52,224 nt of DNA from a virus (IMGVR_UViG_3300032242_000862:1-52224); one strand, 5' to 3'; counted from the stretch's first letter, positions 25,119 through 34,941 are shown. Made by a program: numbers and translations. The notes: generated by a model not told the origin, from the sequence alone.

Positions 25119-26551
25119 GCGTAGCAGCGGCCATCCTCGAGGACGATGAACTCCTGCAGGCCGAGTTTGCCAAGCTGTCTCCCGTCGATCAGGCTGTCAC
25201 CAACTGGCAATTGAGTTGGCTGCAGATACAGGCCCATAAGCACCAGATTGAGCCGCCGGGCAACTGGTGGAACATTTGGCTCATGCTGGCTGGCCGTGGA
25301 GCAGGCAAGACTCGAGCGGCATCTGAGACGCTGGCCGCATGGGCATGGGAGCAGCCGGGCACCAGATGGCTCGTCAGCGCCCCAACGAGCGGTGACTTGA
25401 AAGGCACATGCTTTGAGGGTGACTCAGGGCTGCTAAAGGTCATTCCGTCCATCCTGATCGAGAAGTACAACTCGAGCCTGCATGAGATACACCTGATCAA
25501 TGGCTCATTCATCAAGGGCATCCCCGCCAGTGAGCCTGAGCGGTTCCGGGGGCCACAGTTCCACGGTGGGTGGCTGGATGAGTTGGCCGCATGGGAATAC
25601 CTGCGCGACTCGTGGGACATGATTCAGTTCGGCATCCGTCTTGGCCAACGGACCAAGCTGATCTGCTCGACGACACCCAAGCCCAAAGAAGTGATCATGG
25701 AGTTGATCGAGCGTGAGGGGGACGACGTGGCCATCACCCGCGCCAGCACGTACTCCAACATCAAAAACTTGGCCCCATCGTTCCAAAAGCAGATCCTGCA
25801 GTACGAGGGCACCAACCTTGGCCGTCAGGAGATCCATGCGGAGATCATTGACCCAGAAGAGGGCGGCATCGTCAAGCGCGACTGGTTCAGGCTCTGGCCC
25901 GACGGCAAGGCATTCCCTAAGCTGGAGTACATCATCCAGTCCTACGACTGCGCCACCAGCGACAAGACCGTCAACGACCCCACAGGATGCATCACGCTGG
26001 GCGTGTTCAAGCCTATGGACGGCGGCATGTGCGTCATGGTGCTGGACTGCTGGCAGGAGCACCTGCAGTACCCTGACTTGCGCCCCAAGGTGATCGACGA
26101 GTTCGAGACGGTCTACGGTGAGGGCCGGGCCAAGAAGCTGGTGGACCTGATCCTCGTGGAGGACAAGAGCGCAGGCATATCCCTCATTCAGGACTTGCAA
26201 CGTGCCCACCTGCCCGTGCATGCGTACAACCCCGGCAGGGCCGACAAGATCCAACGCCTGTCCATCGTGGCCAACATCATCAAGGCTGGCCGGGTGTGGG
26301 TGCCTGAGAGCAGCAAGCGCAAAGGCTTTGTACGTGATTGGGCCGAGGGCATGGTCAGCCAGATCTGCTCATTCCCTGAAGGGACCGCACACGATGAGTT
26401 TGTCGACTGCATCAGTCAGGGCCTGCGGTATCTGCGTGATGCAGGCTGGATCAGCATCGATGCCCCACCAAGGGACGACATCGAGCCCGAAGACATCAGC
26501 GACGCTGAGATCTTCAACATGAAGCACCGTGTCAATCCATATGGAGCATAA
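25115..26551 (+). CDS. terL: Terminase large subunit
   Basis: Walker A GRGAGKT, RFRG, Walker B WLDE, STTP; nuclease motifs SYDCA, VEDK and HDEFVD. Confidence 0.95.
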   Translation: MSVAAAILEDDELLQAEFAKLSPVDQAVTNWQLSWLQIQAHKHQIEPPGNWWNIWLMLAGRGAGKTRAASETLAAWAWEQPGTRWLVSAPTSGDLKGTCFEGDSGLLKVIPSILIEKYNSSLHEIHLINGSFIKGIPASEPERFRGPQFHGGWLDELAAWEYLRDSWDMIQFGIRLGQRTKLICSTTPKPKEVIMELIEREGDDVAITRASTYSNIKNLAPSFQKQILQYEGTNLGRQEIHAEIIDPEEGGIVKRDWFRLWPDGKAFPKLEYIIQSYDCATSDKTVNDPTGCITLGVFKPMDGGMCVMVLDCWQEHLQYPDLRPKVIDEFETVYGEGRAKKLVDLILVEDKSAGISLIQDLQRAHLPVHAYNPGRADKIQRLSIVANIIKAGRVWVPESSKRKGFVRDWAEGMVSQICSFPEGTAHDEFVDCISQGLRYLRDAGWISIDAPPRDDIEPEDISDAEIFNMKHRVNPYGA

Positions 26552-26555
26552 AGGA

Positions 26556-26574
26556 TTACTAGTCTGACTAGTAA
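26556..26574. repeat. Palindrome copy 2, TTACTAGTCTGACTAGTAA (intergenic after terL)
   Basis: 9-1-9 inverted repeat; the core is the reverse complement of copies 1 and 3. Confidence 0.9.
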
Positions 26575-26602
26575 GTAGAAACCCTAACATGAAGGAAATG
26601 AG

Positions 26603-26797
26603 ATGAAGCATGATGACTATCTTGAGATCCAAACTGGCGAGAACTACCGCAAAGTTGTTCACATGGCTGGAGTCCGCACGACGATCTGTGCGAATCGGTT
26701 TGAGATACTCACCGACCCCAACAACGAAATCAACGAGCAGCAGGCCGTTCAATCGCTTCGAGAATGGATACAAAAGCGCCGGGAAGAGAACGTGTGA
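26603..26797 (+). CDS. Hypothetical protein (64 aa)
   Basis: AAGGA RBS; fills the gap after terL. Confidence 0.55.
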   Translation: MKHDDYLEIQTGENYRKVVHMAGVRTTICANRFEILTDPNNEINEQQAVQSLREWIQKRREENV

Positions 26798-26836
26798 CGC
26801 CCTTGGGGTGTGTCAGACATATGGAGACTGCCCTGA

Positions 26837-26865
26837 TTGCCCAAGGCGTCGACCGAAGGCATAAT
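26837..26865 (+). promoter_or_regulatory. Sigma70-type promoter for the large protein and head genes
   Basis: TTGCCC-17 nt-CATAAT, 22 nt before the ATG at 26888. Confidence 0.55.
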
Positions 26866-26887
26866 TGGGCATTCACTGAGGGCAACC

Positions 26888-29800
26888 ATGGCAAAGAAAC
26901 CTTACCGCGACCCCACGACCACAAAGATCGAAGACTGGAAATGGCGCGACCTGCCTGAAGTGCAAAAGGCTGTGCCACTGAAAGCAGTTCCAGACTACAT
27001 TCAAAAGGGTTACGGCGAGTTCATGAACCAACAATTGGCACGTGCCAATGCTGGAGCACTGACGCCACGGGATCTGCTCAAGGCTTACACCATCACCCAG
27101 TCAAGCATTGGCCGTGGTGGTCTACCGCATTCAACGGCCACCAAGACTGGCATGCGACTGCCCAACACGGGCGGCGAGGTCAGGCCTGAAGGCGCATTTG
27201 CTGAGTGGCTGGGATCGCGTGAAGGCCAGATGTACCTTGACGCAGCCGAGCGCGGTGAGTTGCACCATGGCGCACTGAAGGACATCCAAGAGAAATTCGC
27301 CCCGTTCGGCAAGCAGAATCAATTGGCCGAGCAAATGATGTATGCGGCCAACACTGTGCCGGGCATGGCCAAGTCATTGAACAAAGCGATTGCAGGCCCG
27401 ACCGAGAATTACCGCAACTGGGCAGAGCAACTGAAGGGCATTGCAGGGGCCAAATCGGGCTTTATAGGCTCTATGCTGGGCAGGGGTGACCTACCTACCT
27501 TGGACGCCCGGCAATTGAACCTGCATGCCTTGCCTGCCAACGTAGGCGTATCTTCGATCATGAACCGTGGCAAGGGCAAAGGTGCCCGTGAAGCAGTTGA
27601 CCGCCTGATTGCCCGTCAGCGTGCCATGGGGCTTGAAGTTGACCCATCGATGCAGCCACACTACCAGCACCTGACCCATCATGCAGTGTGGGATGCAGTG
27701 GGCAAAAATCAGACAACCCATGACGACATCATCAAGGCCATGCGTGGTTATGAGGATGGCGGCTCGATCAATATGGCCCAAGGAGGCAACGTGAATCCAA
27801 AATATCCGTCCATTCAAGAGATGATTCAGAAACTGCAGGCGGCAGGCCGCACTCCTATCATCCCCATGCCCAACCGTTGGTTTGCTGACCCAGTGAAACA
27901 TCCCCATCAGCAAAAGATGATTGAGCGCGTGCTGGCAAAGACTGGATACGGACGCGAAGGTTTCCCATCAGGGGCATACATCAATCCGCAGACTGGTGAG
28001 CCCATGGACTTTGACATCATGCACGACTTGGGTGTGGCCATTGATCCAGTCACTGGTCGGCCCATGATGTCGGGCATCAAGTCTGGCCTGACTGAAATAG
28101 ATCCAAAATATGGATCGATCACAAAAAGCAATCTGGTGCGCAAAGGATTGTTCAAGCATGAAGGCGGCGACGAACTGCTCAAGAATCTTGCATTCCTTGC
28201 AACCATCGAGAAAAGCGGCAAGGGCCATCATTACGGCTTGGCAACGCAGTACGAATCTCCTGCCGAGCTTGTCAACACAATGACTGGTCAAAACCCAACG
28301 CTCAGGCCACACAGCCGTGGTGACATCTTCGGTGTTGGCGATGAAGTTGGTCGCATATCCATTCAGGGCAAGCACCATCCGGTCTACGAAAAGCTGGTGG
28401 TTGCGCCTGCTGGCTCTGACGTACAGGGCAAGAAGCTACATAAAGCCCAAGGAGGCGACGTGAAACCATTTGACTATGAGAATCCAGAGCATGTGCATGG
28501 CGTCGCGCACCACATGGCCAAGCACAAGGACTTCAGTCCGATCCCCAATGCGGCCAAGCATTTGGGTGAAATGCTGTCCGAGGGCAGCTACAAGCACATT
28601 GAAGACCCACGGTTCCAGCAAGCCATCCGCAAGATGGGTCATGGTGCATATTTCCTGCGTGGCAAAGAAGGCAAGACCCTGCATCACATGAAGTCAGGCG
28701 GCACACCGTCACTGGCTCAGATGAAGGTTCATTTGGCTGAAGGTGGCCAACCTGACTACAGCGAAGAACAACTCAAAAGCATTGCAACGTACTTGGCCAC
28801 CAACCCATCGGCTGAAGATCTGGCAAGTGCTCAACAACAATTTGGTGTGAGCAATGAAGGCTTGCAAGAAGCCAAGGATTACGCAGCAGCACATCAAGCA
28901 GCCGCTGAAACATCGCCTACTGCCAAAGCGCAAAGCGCAAGCCCCACTGGAAATGTGACCACTGGCCCCGGCAATGACAACTTTGTCCCTGCTGGTGGAA
29001 GCACGAAGGAAGGTTACTCACGAGATTACAGCGCGGCAGAACTTGCGGCCATTCGAAGCAGTTTTGACCAATATCAGACCGACCCCAAGAAATTGGTTGA
29101 ATTGATGAACCAATATGGCGTCAATGAAAAAGATTTGGCATTAGCAAGAACTGGAAACGCTAGAAACGAAACCTTGATGGGTTACGACAACTTGTTGCTG
29201 CAAGGCGGCGCAAAGGCTGGTTTTGGTGGCATGACACAAGCGTCTGACATGACCGCGCAAGACAAGGCATACCTTGACTGGATGCTGACTCAACCCAGCA
29301 TTGCTGGTGGCGGCACAAGGGCAGACGATTACAAAAAGCAAGGCATTGATCCATACACCGATCCGCGCATCCTCAACATGGCCAAAGCGCAAAATGCTCG
29401 CGTGGTAGACCGTGCAACTTTGTTGGACAACACTGCCAGAGATGCGGCAGCAAAGGCTGGAACTCCTTTTACCAGCACAAAACTGTACGACAACTCAGGC
29501 CAGCCCAATGATCAGATTGCCCCATGGCTGAACCCCAACGCGATTGCCAATGAAAAGGCATTCAAGGATGCAATTGCTGCCCGAAATGCAGCAGCCACAG
29601 CCGCAAGCCCAAAGGTGGTGATTGGTGGTGGCAACGCAACCCCAGCAGGCACAACAGGCACCACAACGCCTACAACAGATCCAGCGGTTCAAGAGGCTCG
29701 CAGTGCGCTTGATGCAATCAACAAAATGACTGGCAGCTATACCCAGATCAATGCAGCACGTGACAACTTTTACAACACAACAAAGTACACGCCAGAACAA

Positions 29801-31609
29801 ATATCTGCAGCCATGAATGGTGTTTTGTCGCCTGCGTACATCAAACAATTGATGGCCAAAAACCCACAGTTTGCAACAGGTCACGCTCAAGGCGGCATGG
29901 TTGGATATGCAGGTGGTGGCAATGTCAAGCCCAGCATTGCCCAAATGCGTCTGGCATTGAATTCAAAGAACCCAGTGGACTTCCAAGGCATTGGGATTGA
30001 AGAAGCACCCAACATGTCGCCCAAGGTGTACATGCCACCGTCCAAAGACGAGTCTGGACTTCCAGCCGTTGGCGGCGTGGACTTAAATCCACAACAACCC
30101 GGCCTGCAATTGACATCGCCTCCACCACAGCCTCCACAAGGCGCTCAACCACCACAGGGTGGCCAACCCCCTCAAGGCGGTCCAATGGGCGCTCCTATGG
30201 CCCCTCCTGCTGGTCCTACGCCACCCATGGGCAACATGCTGTCGTTGACACCACAAGGCCAAGCCATGCAGGCCATGCAACCACAACAGCAAAAACCACC
30301 GGGCATGAAAAGCGGTGGTGACGTGCAAGGAATGAGTGATGGCGAACAGCCAAAATTAACCAAAGAACAACGCAAAGAAGTTGCCAAAAAATGGGCTGGT
30401 CAACTGCATTACGAACCAGCACCTGCAATGTCAAAACGTGATATTGAACAACATGCTGAAAGAATGACATCTCAAATGATGGGCATTGACAACCCACATA
30501 AAAAAACAAAGCAACAACTTGACAGAGAAAAAAACCTCATGGCTGACATTCGGTACAAACGAATGAAAAACATCCCTAACGTTGACTATGCACAACTGAA
30601 AAATGCTTTTATGGTTGGCATTCCGGGCGACCCTACGCTTGGTGGTGTGATTCCAGTCTCCAAAATGAAAAAGCGTTATGGATTGCAAATGCCAACAGCA
30701 GGGGCTACGTTGCGCTCCATTGACAACAAGCCATTGGAAAGTTCGGTTCCACTATATGGCGGCACCAGATATGGAGCCTATGGTAGCCCCAATGCTTGGG
30801 CAAGCGATCTGGGAGCAAGTAGAGGGTTGTTCAACGTTGTCCAGAAACTGCACGAAGAAGATCCTTCGCGTGAAATCTATGGCAACACCCACCGCATGTC
30901 GAACGAATCAATCAACCATGCGATACACATGTTGGATGCGGCAATTTCGCATATGCGTCCGCATGCACAACCAAAAGAACACATTGATTATCTGAACAAT
31001 TTGATTCGCAATGTGCAGACGTCCACCAATGACATTGGGGACGTAAAGCCCCATTTTGCTGGTTTTGAAAACCCCGAAGATTTGATGTTGCAAGGGTCGT
31101 TGGATGCCAAGCTGCGCAAGAAAATCTTGGGTGTTTTGGCAACCAACAAGCATTTTCCCGGCGGCAAGCAAATGATTGACGACATCTATTTTGCAATCAG
31201 TCACCCTGAATTGCGCAATTTAGAAGTTGGCACTGCTGGACACGGTGTTCTGAAGTTTGATCCCACCCGAAAACTGGAAGATGAAATTTCACAGCATCCA
31301 ACCTATGGTCATGACATCCCTTCAACGCTTATTGGCAAGTCGCGTTACCCGATCCCACTGGCAATTGCAGCCCCAAGATCGATGCAACGAACCATGAGAA
31401 AGGCAAAGGAGATGGGTTTGACACCTGCTCAACCATTCAACGATATGTCTCGCAGCATTATTCGTGAGCCAATAGATGAGCAGTACATCAACCAATTGGG
31501 TGAATACGAAATGGCAATGCGCAAGCGCCTTGGGTACAAAAAGGGCGGTAAGGTTAAACTCAAACCCAATCAAGACACCATGCGTCTTGAACTGTCAAGG
31601 AAGAAATAA
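26888..31609 (+). CDS. Large modular (polyvalent-like) protein, 1573 aa; N-terminal HhH-GPD-like domain; modules separated by xAxGG/xKxGG motifs
   Basis: GAGG RBS before the ATG at 26888; nine GG motifs at domain boundaries; coupled to the portal gene (TAATG). Confidence 0.7.
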   Translation: MAKKPYRDPTTTKIEDWKWRDLPEVQKAVPLKAVPDYIQKGYGEFMNQQLARANAGALTPRDLLKAYTITQSSIGRGGLPHSTATKTGMRLPNTGGEVRPEGAFAEWLGSREGQMYLDAAERGELHHGALKDIQEKFAPFGKQNQLAEQMMYAANTVPGMAKSLNKAIAGPTENYRNWAEQLKGIAGAKSGFIGSMLGRGDLPTLDARQLNLHALPANVGVSSIMNRGKGKGAREAVDRLIARQRAMGLEVDPSMQPHYQHLTHHAVWDAVGKNQTTHDDIIKAMRGYEDGGSINMAQGGNVNPKYPSIQEMIQKLQAAGRTPIIPMPNRWFADPVKHPHQQKMIERVLAKTGYGREGFPSGAYINPQTGEPMDFDIMHDLGVAIDPVTGRPMMSGIKSGLTEIDPKYGSITKSNLVRKGLFKHEGGDELLKNLAFLATIEKSGKGHHYGLATQYESPAELVNTMTGQNPTLRPHSRGDIFGVGDEVGRISIQGKHHPVYEKLVVAPAGSDVQGKKLHKAQGGDVKPFDYENPEHVHGVAHHMAKHKDFSPIPNAAKHLGEMLSEGSYKHIEDPRFQQAIRKMGHGAYFLRGKEGKTLHHMKSGGTPSLAQMKVHLAEGGQPDYSEEQLKSIATYLATNPSAEDLASAQQQFGVSNEGLQEAKDYAAAHQAAAETSPTAKAQSASPTGNVTTGPGNDNFVPAGGSTKEGYSRDYSAAELAAIRSSFDQYQTDPKKLVELMNQYGVNEKDLALARTGNARNETLMGYDNLLLQGGAKAGFGGMTQASDMTAQDKAYLDWMLTQPSIAGGGTRADDYKKQGIDPYTDPRILNMAKAQNARVVDRATLLDNTARDAAAKAGTPFTSTKLYDNSGQPNDQIAPWLNPNAIANEKAFKDAIAARNAAATAASPKVVIGGGNATPAGTTGTTTPTTDPAVQEARSALDAINKMTGSYTQINAARDNFYNTTKYTPEQISAAMNGVLSPAYIKQLMAKNPQFATGHAQGGMVGYAGGGNVKPSIAQMRLALNSKNPVDFQGIGIEEAPNMSPKVYMPPSKDESGLPAVGGVDLNPQQPGLQLTSPPPQPPQGAQPPQGGQPPQGGPMGAPMAPPAGPTPPMGNMLSLTPQGQAMQAMQPQQQKPPGMKSGGDVQGMSDGEQPKLTKEQRKEVAKKWAGQLHYEPAPAMSKRDIEQHAERMTSQMMGIDNPHKKTKQQLDREKNLMADIRYKRMKNIPNVDYAQLKNAFMVGIPGDPTLGGVIPVSKMKKRYGLQMPTAGATLRSIDNKPLESSVPLYGGTRYGAYGSPNAWASDLGASRGLFNVVQKLHEEDPSREIYGNTHRMSNESINHAIHMLDAAISHMRPHAQPKEHIDYLNNLIRNVQTSTNDIGDVKPHFAGFENPEDLMLQGSLDAKLRKKILGVLATNKHFPGGKQMIDDIYFAISHPELRNLEVGTAGHGVLKFDPTRKLEDEISQHPTYGHDIPSTLIGKSRYPIPLAIAAPRSMQRTMRKAKEMGLTPAQPFNDMSRSIIREPIDEQYINQLGEYEMAMRKRLGYKKGGKVKLKPNQDTMRLELSRKK

Positions 31610-34086
31610 TGGCTGAACAAGACGATTTTCCGATTGAAGAGCAGGACGACGGCAGTGCTGTCGTTGATCTGCCAGACATGACGACTGAAGAACAGCCAGA
31701 CGGCTCTGCCATCATTGAACTTGATGATGGGCCTGAGTTCAACCCAGAGTTTTACGACAACCTGTGCGATTCTGTTGAATTCAGCACGTTAGGTTCGTTG
31801 GCCATGCGCTACCTTGACTTGCTCGAGACTGACAAGCAAGCCCGTGAAATGCGGGACAAGCAGTACGAAGAAGGCATCAAGCGTACTGGTATGGGCAACG
31901 ATGCCCCCGGTGGTGCCACTTTCATGGGTGCCAGCAAAGTTGTTCACCCTGCCATGGCCGAAGGTTGCGTGGACTTTGCGGCCCGTGCAATCAAAGAACT
32001 GTATCCACCAGATGGCCCCGTCAAGACCAAGATCATTGGCAAGATGGACGACATGAAGTCCGAAAAGTCAGAGCGCAAGCGTGACTTTTTGAATTGGCAG
32101 ATCACTGAGCAGATCGAAGAATTCCGCGACGAGCAAGAGCAGTTGCTGACCCAGTTGCCATTGGGCGGCTCACAGTACTTCAAACTGTGGTTTGACGAGC
32201 AAAAAAAGCGTCCCGTTGTGGAGTTTCTGCCAATTGACCGTGTGATCTTGCCGTTTGCGGCCACCAACTTCTATACCGCAGAGCGTGCGGCAGAAGTCCA
32301 CGAGATCACCGAGTTTGAGTTTGATCGCCGCATCCGCACTGGCATGTACCGCGACATCAATGCCAGCTTTGCTTCTGGCACTTTGGATCAAAACAAAGTC
32401 GAGCAGGCCAACAACAAGGTTGAAGGCAAACAGTTCCAAGAAAACAAGGACGGTATCCGCAAGGTTTACCACATCTACACGTATCTTGAACTGGACGAAG
32501 ACAAGAAGACCAAAGGCGAATACGCTCCGTACATCTTGATGATCGATGAGTTGAGCAACTCCGTTGTTGGTTTGTATCGCAACTGGGAAGAGAACGATCA
32601 AACCATGACCAAGCTGGACTGGGTCGTGGAGTTCAAATTCATTCCGTGGAGGGGCGCATACGCCATCGGGCTACCCCAACTCATCGGAGGCCTTTCAGCA
32701 GCCTTGACGGGCGCTCTGAGGGCCTTGCTGGACACCGCACACATCAACAACTCGGCCACCATGCTGAAGTTGAAAGGTGCCAAAATCAGCGGCCAGTCAC
32801 AGCAGGTTGACGTGACCCAGATTGTGGAGATCGAAGGCGCACCGGGCGTGCAAGACATCCGTCAGATTGCCATGCCCATGCCGTTCAACCCGCCAAGCGA
32901 CGTGTTGTTCAAGTTGTTGGGCTGGCTCGATACCGCAGCCAAAGGCGTGGTTACCACCAGCGAAGAGAAAATTGCTGACGTCAATGCTCAGGCACCAGTT
33001 GGCACAACTCAAGCCCTGATCGAACAAGGTGCGGCTGTGTTCTCGGCCATCCATGCACGTTTGCATGACTCGCAAGCCCGTGTGCTCAAAGTGCTGTGCC
33101 GTCTGAACCGCTGGCATTTTGATGAGATGAAGAAAAGTGATGTCGTCACTGACTTGGACATCACCCGCGAAGACTTCAACAAGAACACCGACGTGGTGCC
33201 CGTCTCCGACCCGCACATCTTCTCTGAGACCCAGCGTATGGCTCAGAGTCAGGCTGTGTTGGCATTGGCTGACAAGCACCCTCAGCAGTTCAACATCAAT
33301 GCTGTTCTTGGCCGTGTCCTGAAGCAGATGAAGGTGCCCAACATCAATGAACTGTTGCGGGACACACCAGCCCCAGAACAGCGCACATCGGCAGACGAAA
33401 ATGCGGCAATGCTCATTGGCCAACCAGCTTATGCGTACTTGCAACAGGATCACATCGCGCACATTCAGGACCACCTGCAGTTTGCAATGAACCCATTCTT
33501 GGGCCAGTCGCCATTTGCAGATCCAAACTACCTGAATCACGTGACAGAGCACATCAAGCAGCACATGACGCTGTGGTATTTGAACCGCTCAAATGGCTAC
33601 GTGGAAAAGTCCATGGGCAAGCCTGTGGACGACTACGACGATCCACGACTTACATCGACAATCGACAAGGTCTACACGACCGTTGGTGCGCACGTCATGC
33701 TCGACACGCAAGAAGTATTTGGCCAGTTCCAACAGGCGCTGCAAATGCTTATGCAAATGGTCCAGCAGAAGAAAAGCGCACCACCACCATTGCCGCCAGA
33801 TGCGCAAGTGGTCAAGGACACCAGCATGGCCGAGACCCAACGCAAGACACAAGCGGATCAGGCTGGCATCCAGTTGGACATGCAACGTCTGCAGGCCGAC
33901 ATCCAGAAGCACCAGATGGACAATCAAACAAAGATTGCCATCGAAAATGCAAAATTGACGCACGAGACAATCCAAGGAATGGCTCAGGCTCAACCACCCG
34001 TGGCACCACCAGCACCACCTGCTGCGCCTGCCGCACCTACAATGCCACAACCACCTCAAGGAGTTCCAAATGGCAACCTCGGATAA
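31609..34086 (+). CDS. Portal protein (825 aa)
   Basis: Size and position; VVHPAMAEGCVDF, GPVK, LPLGGS.YFK.WFD, PVGTT.ALIEQ, HARL and VPVSDP motifs; Q/P-rich helical barrel. Confidence 0.85.
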   Translation: MAEQDDFPIEEQDDGSAVVDLPDMTTEEQPDGSAIIELDDGPEFNPEFYDNLCDSVEFSTLGSLAMRYLDLLETDKQAREMRDKQYEEGIKRTGMGNDAPGGATFMGASKVVHPAMAEGCVDFAARAIKELYPPDGPVKTKIIGKMDDMKSEKSERKRDFLNWQITEQIEEFRDEQEQLLTQLPLGGSQYFKLWFDEQKKRPVVEFLPIDRVILPFAATNFYTAERAAEVHEITEFEFDRRIRTGMYRDINASFASGTLDQNKVEQANNKVEGKQFQENKDGIRKVYHIYTYLELDEDKKTKGEYAPYILMIDELSNSVVGLYRNWEENDQTMTKLDWVVEFKFIPWRGAYAIGLPQLIGGLSAALTGALRALLDTAHINNSATMLKLKGAKISGQSQQVDVTQIVEIEGAPGVQDIRQIAMPMPFNPPSDVLFKLLGWLDTAAKGVVTTSEEKIADVNAQAPVGTTQALIEQGAAVFSAIHARLHDSQARVLKVLCRLNRWHFDEMKKSDVVTDLDITREDFNKNTDVVPVSDPHIFSETQRMAQSQAVLALADKHPQQFNINAVLGRVLKQMKVPNINELLRDTPAPEQRTSADENAAMLIGQPAYAYLQQDHIAHIQDHLQFAMNPFLGQSPFADPNYLNHVTEHIKQHMTLWYLNRSNGYVEKSMGKPVDDYDDPRLTSTIDKVYTTVGAHVMLDTQEVFGQFQQALQMLMQMVQQKKSAPPPLPPDAQVVKDTSMAETQRKTQADQAGIQLDMQRLQADIQKHQMDNQTKIAIENAKLTHETIQGMAQAQPPVAPPAPPAAPAAPTMPQPPQGVPNGNLG

Positions 34087-34237
34087 AGAACAAATGGGCG
34101 TAAACGTGCGCCAACACAAACGCATGGCCATGGGCGAAAAGCTGACAGGCCAAACCCTCCAACCCAAAGGCGGGAATACTAGTCAGACTAGTAAAACTAA
34201 AGGTGGCCTTTCTGGAATGAAGAAGCGCAATGATTGA
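34070..34237 (+). CDS. 55-aa basic protein (MATSDKEQ...KGGNTSQTSKTKGG...)
   Basis: Translated by hand; AAGGAG RBS; contains palindrome copy 3. Confidence 0.6.
   Translation: MATSDKEQMGVNVRQHKRMAMGEKLTGQTLQPKGGNTSQTSKTKGGLSGMKKRND
34177..34193. repeat. Palindrome copy 3, TACTAGTCAGACTAGTA
   Basis: Identical to copy 1 over 19 bp including the upstream AA. Confidence 0.9.
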
Positions 34238-34409
34238 GCAACTGATCCACAGGATCAAGGTACGTCAAGCCGAATTGCAGGTGTCTCTCGCCCACGGGAA
34301 CGCACCCAATTGGGAGACGTACCAACGCATAGTTGGGACATACCAAGGGTTGCAAGACACCATGGACATGATCGACAACATGCTGGATGAAGAAAAAAAT
34401 CAAGATTGA
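34230..34409 (+). CDS. 59-aa helical protein (MIEQLIHRIK...WETYQRIVGTYQGL...)
   Basis: Translated by hand; the Y...VG...GL pattern is typical of small genes between portal and GroES. Confidence 0.65.
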   Translation: MIEQLIHRIKVRQAELQVSLAHGNAPNWETYQRIVGTYQGLQDTMDMIDNMLDEEKNQD

Positions 34410-34485
34410 TAGCCCCACTCCGGGGTGAGACCGCGCTGCAAAGCGCATAACGATGTACCTGAGATATGGTGTCTAGGAGAGAGCA

Positions 34486-34941
34486 GTGAGTGAGAAGCAG
34501 AAAATCGTGGCCTTTGAGGCCTCTGATGACGTGCCAGACCCGCAAGAGTTGGCGTGGGCGTTCCCTGATGCAAATCCGGGAATGAGACCGTTTGGTGGCC
34601 GAGTAATCGTGCAACTGCGACGGATCAAAAAGAAAACTGGACGCATTGTTCTGGTCGAAGAGACCAAAGAGAACGAAAAGTGGAACAACATGATCGGTAA
34701 GGTCGTGGCTGTGGGCCCACTGGCGTACAAAAACCGAGACACTATGCAAGCGTGGCCCGAAGGCTCGTGGGCAGGTGTTGGCGATTTCGTTCGAGTCCCC
34801 AAATGGGGCGGTGATCGCTGGGAAATCAAAGTCTTAAGTGATGATCCGGACGATGATCCAGTGTTGTTTATGACTTTGAACGATCACGAACTGATCGCGG
34901 CGGTCACAGGCAACCCACTTTCTTTCAAAGCCTACGTTTAA
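34486..34941 (+). CDS. groES: GroES-like co-chaperonin (Cpn10)
   Basis: MRPFGGRVIV, mobile loop KKTGRIVL, GKVVAVGP, VGDFV..PKWGG and LNDHELIA motifs; GTG start after AGGAG. Confidence 0.88.
   Translation: MSEKQKIVAFEASDDVPDPQELAWAFPDANPGMRPFGGRVIVQLRRIKKKTGRIVLVEETKENEKWNNMIGKVVAVGPLAYKNRDTMQAWPEGSWAGVGDFVRVPKWGGDRWEIKVLSDDPDDDPVLFMTLNDHELIAAVTGNPLSFKAYV

Noticed and set aside
26837-26887. TTG start extending the large protein to 1590 aa
   Set aside because: This segment matches a -35/-10 promoter, and the ATG at 26888 has an RBS.
34789-34800. GTTCGAGTCCC resembling a tRNA T-loop
   Set aside because: It lies inside the groES coding sequence, with no acceptor, D or anticodon stems.
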